Translations under genes and position numbers: made by a program
Shown here: positions 62,621-64,000 of the stretch, in pieces
Position numbering within the stretch: the stretch's first letter is position 1
Layout of the letters: every line of letters begins with the position of its first letter
DNA from: an uncultured Veillonellaceae bacterium
GTDB lineage: Bacteria > Bacillota > Negativicutes > JARBTT01
Direction: 5' to 3'
Length of the DNA: 64,000 nucleotides
NCBI GenBank assembly: GCA_963805085.1
Contig: CAWDTA010000002.1
Location: 480,001-544,000, forward strand
Notes under the pieces: model-generated
What the model saw: only the letters and a program-made list of their open reading frames with translations
The model's database searches: none
Told to the model about the DNA's origin: nothing

Positions 62621-63463
62621 TTAAACGTGAATTTTATTTCCTGTAGATAAATATTCTATTTTATCACCTAAAATATTTTTTAATTTTTGATAAGCTATTT
62701 TTCCAGTACAATGTCCTGTATATATTTTTTCTATATTTTCCTCATTAATTATTTTTGTAAGAATATCAATTTCATCTTTTGAGGCACTCAAAAATTTTAT
62801 TAGTGGAATTCTAATCAAATGAAAACCACCTATAAGAGCTTTTATATGTATATCTAAAAATATATTTCTAACAGTTTCTATGATATTAGCAGTACCATTA
62901 TGAGAACAGCCTGTAAATATGCTTATGCCATTAATATCCTTTACAACCATAATTAGCTCATGTTTAAAAGTATCTCTAACTAATTTTTGATTTTCAACAG
63001 TGTATAAGTATTTATTTCCCTTAGGAATGGGATATTTTTTTTCAATATCTGTAAAAATATAAACATCTTTCAATATTTCTGTGAAATTATCAATATAATT
63101 AATTCTATTAGAATAATCATTAAATACTCTATTATTAATTCCAACATTATGATTAAAACACATACATCGAAAATAATACCCTTCCATATTAAATCTTTTC
63201 ATATATACTTTTGCTTTAGTATTTTCTTTTAAAAATGATTCAAGACCACCACCATGATCATTATGTCCATGAGAAAGTACGACTATATCAATATTTTTTA
63301 TATCAATTTTAAGCTTTTCAGCGTTATCAATAAAATTATCACTTTTCCCTGTATCAAATAGTATAAATTTATTGTCCTTTTCTATATAAAGTGATAAACC
63401 TGGTTCAGTAATCAAATTTGTTGATTTATTAACTGTATTTTCTATAAGTACTGTTATATCCAT
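62621..63463 (-). CDS. MBL-fold metallo-hydrolase
   Basis: LFDTG, SHGHNDHGGG, TGCSH, GGFHL, GHCTG. Confidence 0.9.
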   Translation of the reverse strand: MDITVLIENTVNKSTNLITEPGLSLYIEKDNKFILFDTGKSDNFIDNAEKLKIDIKNIDIVVLSHGHNDHGGGLESFLKENTKAKVYMKRFNMEGYYFRCMCFNHNVGINNRVFNDYSNRINYIDNFTEILKDVYIFTDIEKKYPIPKGNKYLYTVENQKLVRDTFKHELIMVVKDINGISIFTGCSHNGTANIIETVRNIFLDIHIKALIGGFHLIRIPLIKFLSASKDEIDILTKIINEENIEKIYTGHCTGKIAYQKLKNILGDKIEYLSTGNKIHV

Positions 63464-63536
63464 AAAATTCTCCGATCTTCATTGAACAATCGATTTTTGC
63501 ATTTGCAAAATCAATAAATTGTAATCTGTACGCCAC

Positions 63537-64000
63537 TTACAATTTATTGATTACTTTTTTGTTAATGTAAGATTTTAAAAAATTTAGTTTTGTTTCTGAA
63601 ATAAGTATTGCACTAAATATTATTACACATCCTATAATCATATTTATATTAAAAATATCACCTAAAAATAGTATAGATAAAGTTGCTCCAAATACAGATT
63701 CCAAACAGAGAAGTATTCCCACATGATTAGGATGCGTATATTTTTGAGCTATATTTTGAATAAGAAAATTTATCATTGTACAAATAAATACCAGATGTGC
63801 CATTGGAACTAATGTGGCATTTGTAATTATAGGTTGAGGTTCAAATACAATTGCACAAATAAAAGATATAATCCCAGTAAACCACATTTGTAATATTGCA
63901 AGCGTTATCGAATCTATAGATTTTGAAAAATGAGATATAGAAATAATATGAGATGCAAACATAAATGCACATAATAATGTAATCCAATCACCTAAATTAA
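63537..64000 (-). CDS. DMT/EamA-family transporter (5' part outside the window)
   Basis: QNIAQKY...LCLESVFG motif; hydrophobic. Confidence 0.8.
   Translation of the reverse strand, partial: NLGDWITLLCAFMFASHIISISHFSKSIDSITLAILQMWFTGIISFICAIVFEPQPIITNATLVPMAHLVFICTMINFLIQNIAQKYTHPNHVGILLCLESVFGATLSILFLGDIFNINMIIGCVIIFSAILISETKLNFLKSYINKKVINKL

Overview
Low-GC Firmicutes chromosome segment, probably Negativicutes (inferred from gene content). Core content: a group 4 (Hyf/Ehr-like) membrane [NiFe] complex with an Rv0081-like ArsR regulator, a galKET-LacI operon, ilvBH, a galactitol-family PTS catabolic locus under both sigma54/PRD-activator and GlpP-antiterminator control, and a group 1 uptake [NiFe]-hydrogenase with hyp genes. 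Two AT-rich accessory clusters stand out, each with a small peptide gene missing from the ORF track. (1) At 58.7-62.45 kb: a promoter-driven tRNA-Ser-like RNA with a broken 6-nt anticodon loop, a terminator, a 43-aa Tyr-rich peptide, a radical SAM/SPASM enzyme, an MFS exporter, an Asp/Glu racemase and a decayed seryl-tRNA synthetase. (2) At 1.5-8.3 kb: a 19-aa peptide ending in Ser rather than Asn, a ThiF/MccB-like adenylyltransferase, an MFS exporter, a signal-less OppA-like protein and a divergent ABC-F, bracketed by a 42-bp exact repeat. Also present: two intact RAYT-type HUH transposases plus an internally deleted one with REP-like ends, several MITE/hairpin repeats and candidate small RNAs. 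All calls come from reading motifs by eye; no database search was run.
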